From: Carcharhinus longimanus
Taxonomy: Eukaryota
Direction: 5' to 3'
Assembly: GCA_030264375.1 (NCBI GenBank)
Contig: JASCQW010000099.1
Location: 46,361,651 to 46,425,650, forward strand
DNA: 64,000 nucleotides
The position numbers and the translations under genes are program-made. This document shows positions 62,328 to 64,000 of the stretch, one piece after another. Each line of letters starts with the position of its first letter. Positions within the stretch are counted from its first letter, which is position 1. The notes beneath the pieces were generated by a model, which did not search any database, was not told the origin of the DNA, and was given only the letters and a program-made list of their open reading frames with translations.

Positions 62328-62415
62328 GTTTTGGAAATTGTCATCATCAAAACAGATGCAACAGAAGCGAAGGAGCTGAGAGAAAGGGATGGAGTCCTTA
62401 CAGGACATGCGGTTG
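62328..62415 (-). mobile_element. Small Penelope-like RT-thumb fragment
   Basis: SCKDSIPFSQLLRFCCICFDDDNF (compare the Penelope motif IPxSQFLRLRRICS). Confidence 0.7.
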
Positions 62416-63215
62416 AAGAGTTATAGTTGAGGCAATATACTTTACCTTAATTACTGGAATCTCAATACTTTCTTGGGCAGCAGTTTGCATCCCTGGAATC
62501 AACCTAGTGAACATTTTCTGAACTCCCCCTAATGTACTTACACCCTTCCTCAAGTTTGCATAGAAAAAAATATAGTATGAAATTGTACTTAACATAAGCC
62601 CTGCTACCCTTCCCGCTACATAAAATTCATCCCATGGTGGGTGATGTTGAAGCTTTGGATAGGGTGCAGTGGAAGGTGACTGAACTATTCTTCTGTTTAA
62701 AGCATCCAAGTTATAAAAATAGACTAAAAAAGCAGGAACTTTCCTTTTCAGGATAATACCTTTTTTGGCAGTGGTCTGATTAAAGCATATAAGATAATGA
62801 AAAGAACAGATCATTTTTGAATTGATAGTTTGTTCCAATTAAATTGGGTGTAGAGGATGAGGGGTCATGATTTAAGATATATAAGGCCAAATTTAGGTTA
62901 ACTTGGAAGAGCTGGTTGTTTCTCTGGAAATTACAGATGGCTGCCATCTAATGCAGTGGACACGGGTTTAGTGAATTCATTTCAGTAACAGCTAGATCTT
63001 TCCTGGCTCAGATGGAGATCACCACTTAGAAAAGCCTGATACTGCAAGAAACTATCAGAATCAGTGTGATATCTTGGTATAGTTTTGACTCCTAGAGGAA
63101 TTTCCCATTCATTTTTTTGCCTCAGACAGCCCTGGGATCTAACCTTTTTTTCAACCTTGTCCAGAAAATTACATGGTTTTGAATGAGGTGGTTAGTCTAT
63201 ATATTATAATACACA

Positions 63216-63334
63216 AGGGACGGGATTTTCTGGCCATGTTCACTGGAAAATCCTGTCTGCGGTCAATGGACCTTTGCGTGGTCTTGTCTGCCTGTTATGT
63301 TTCCTGTGGTGGACGGAATGGGAAAATTCCACCC
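63216..63334. mobile_element. Short MITE-like element
   Basis: Inverted termini GGGACGGGATTTTCT / GGAAAATTCCACCC and the shared core GGTCAATGGACCTTTGC. Confidence 0.6.
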
Positions 63335-63477
63335 AAAGTATCACACTTGTATGGAGAAGGCTGGATGGTCTACTTTTAAACTCCCCTAACATCCATGATG
63401 ATTCATGGCAGGTACTGAAGCCAAGCTGCTGACTTTTTCTACTATATCCTGGTCATGACTTAATATCATATTCAGTA

Positions 63478-63810
63478 TGTTGTAGGTAAAATTACCTCTG
63501 AGACCAATTGTGAGTCAAAGTACAGCAAGCTTATTCAAAAGCTTTTGGGAGATACACCTGGTACCTAACAGCAGTTCCCCAGGCTTCTCCCCGAATACAA
63601 GTTAAGAGCACATATTTATACCCCCCTGTCACATACACATCTTCTCATTCTCAACAGGTTCCCAGGCTGTGGGTTGTTCTCCATCGTGGGAACATGGCTG
63701 CCTCGGCATTTCTTCATGGTTATTTCAAGGCTGCAATTGTCTTGTGTGATTAACCCTTAAGTAACACACAGGCCGGCAAGACAAGTTAAAATTAATGGGC
63801 CGATATAACA
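63478..63810 (-). mobile_element. Possible solo LTR
   Basis: TGTTGTA...TATAACA inverted ends, with minus-strand TATAAATA followed by an AATAAG-like signal. No TSD found. Confidence 0.35.
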
Positions 63811-64000
63811 ATCCATGCTCATAAGTTGTTTAACATATAATATGTCTAGTATGTTGTACATGACACATAAGCAGTATATAATGAATATATATGAATATAT
63901 TTAGGACATGCAGGCTTCACTATGTTAAGCGAAAGTCCGTGAAATTGAAGACACAACTTAACTACAAGCCGGGTCAGCTACATTTCTGAGCGGGCTTATC

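Noticed and set aside
1-64000. CRISPR arrays, rRNA, operons or other prokaryote-type systems
   Set aside because: No regularly spaced repeat-spacer structure or dense coding. The window is vertebrate intronic and intergenic DNA.

Overview
AT-rich, repeat-rich vertebrate DNA, most likely from a shark or ray (inferred from many HE1-type V-SINEs, HER1/CR1 LINEs and a DeuSINE relic), in a draft assembly with N gaps. The only host gene I can support is the 3' end of neurexin-1 (NRXN1) on the + strand. It comprises the Cys-loop exon (8087-8174, two tandem donors), a ~27.8 kb last intron, the terminal exon encoding the transmembrane segment and PDZ-binding tail (35928-36232), and a transposon-free ~3.3 kb 3' UTR. 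The rest is mostly decayed CR1, RTE, Rex1/Babar and Penelope retroelements, SINEs and MITE-like elements. Two things stand out. (1) The 603 nt before the terminal-exon acceptor look like a frameshifted fossil of the ~200-aa splice-site-5 insert of NRXN2/NRXN3. It keeps three extra AG acceptors in frame, each leading to an early stop, so secreted or alternatively anchored NRXN1 isoforms are possible. (2) Several minimal type-I hammerhead ribozyme motifs sit in short Penelope-derived elements, including two ~125-bp units with target-site duplications. Family and paralog comparisons are from memory, repeat boundaries are approximate, and no database search was run.
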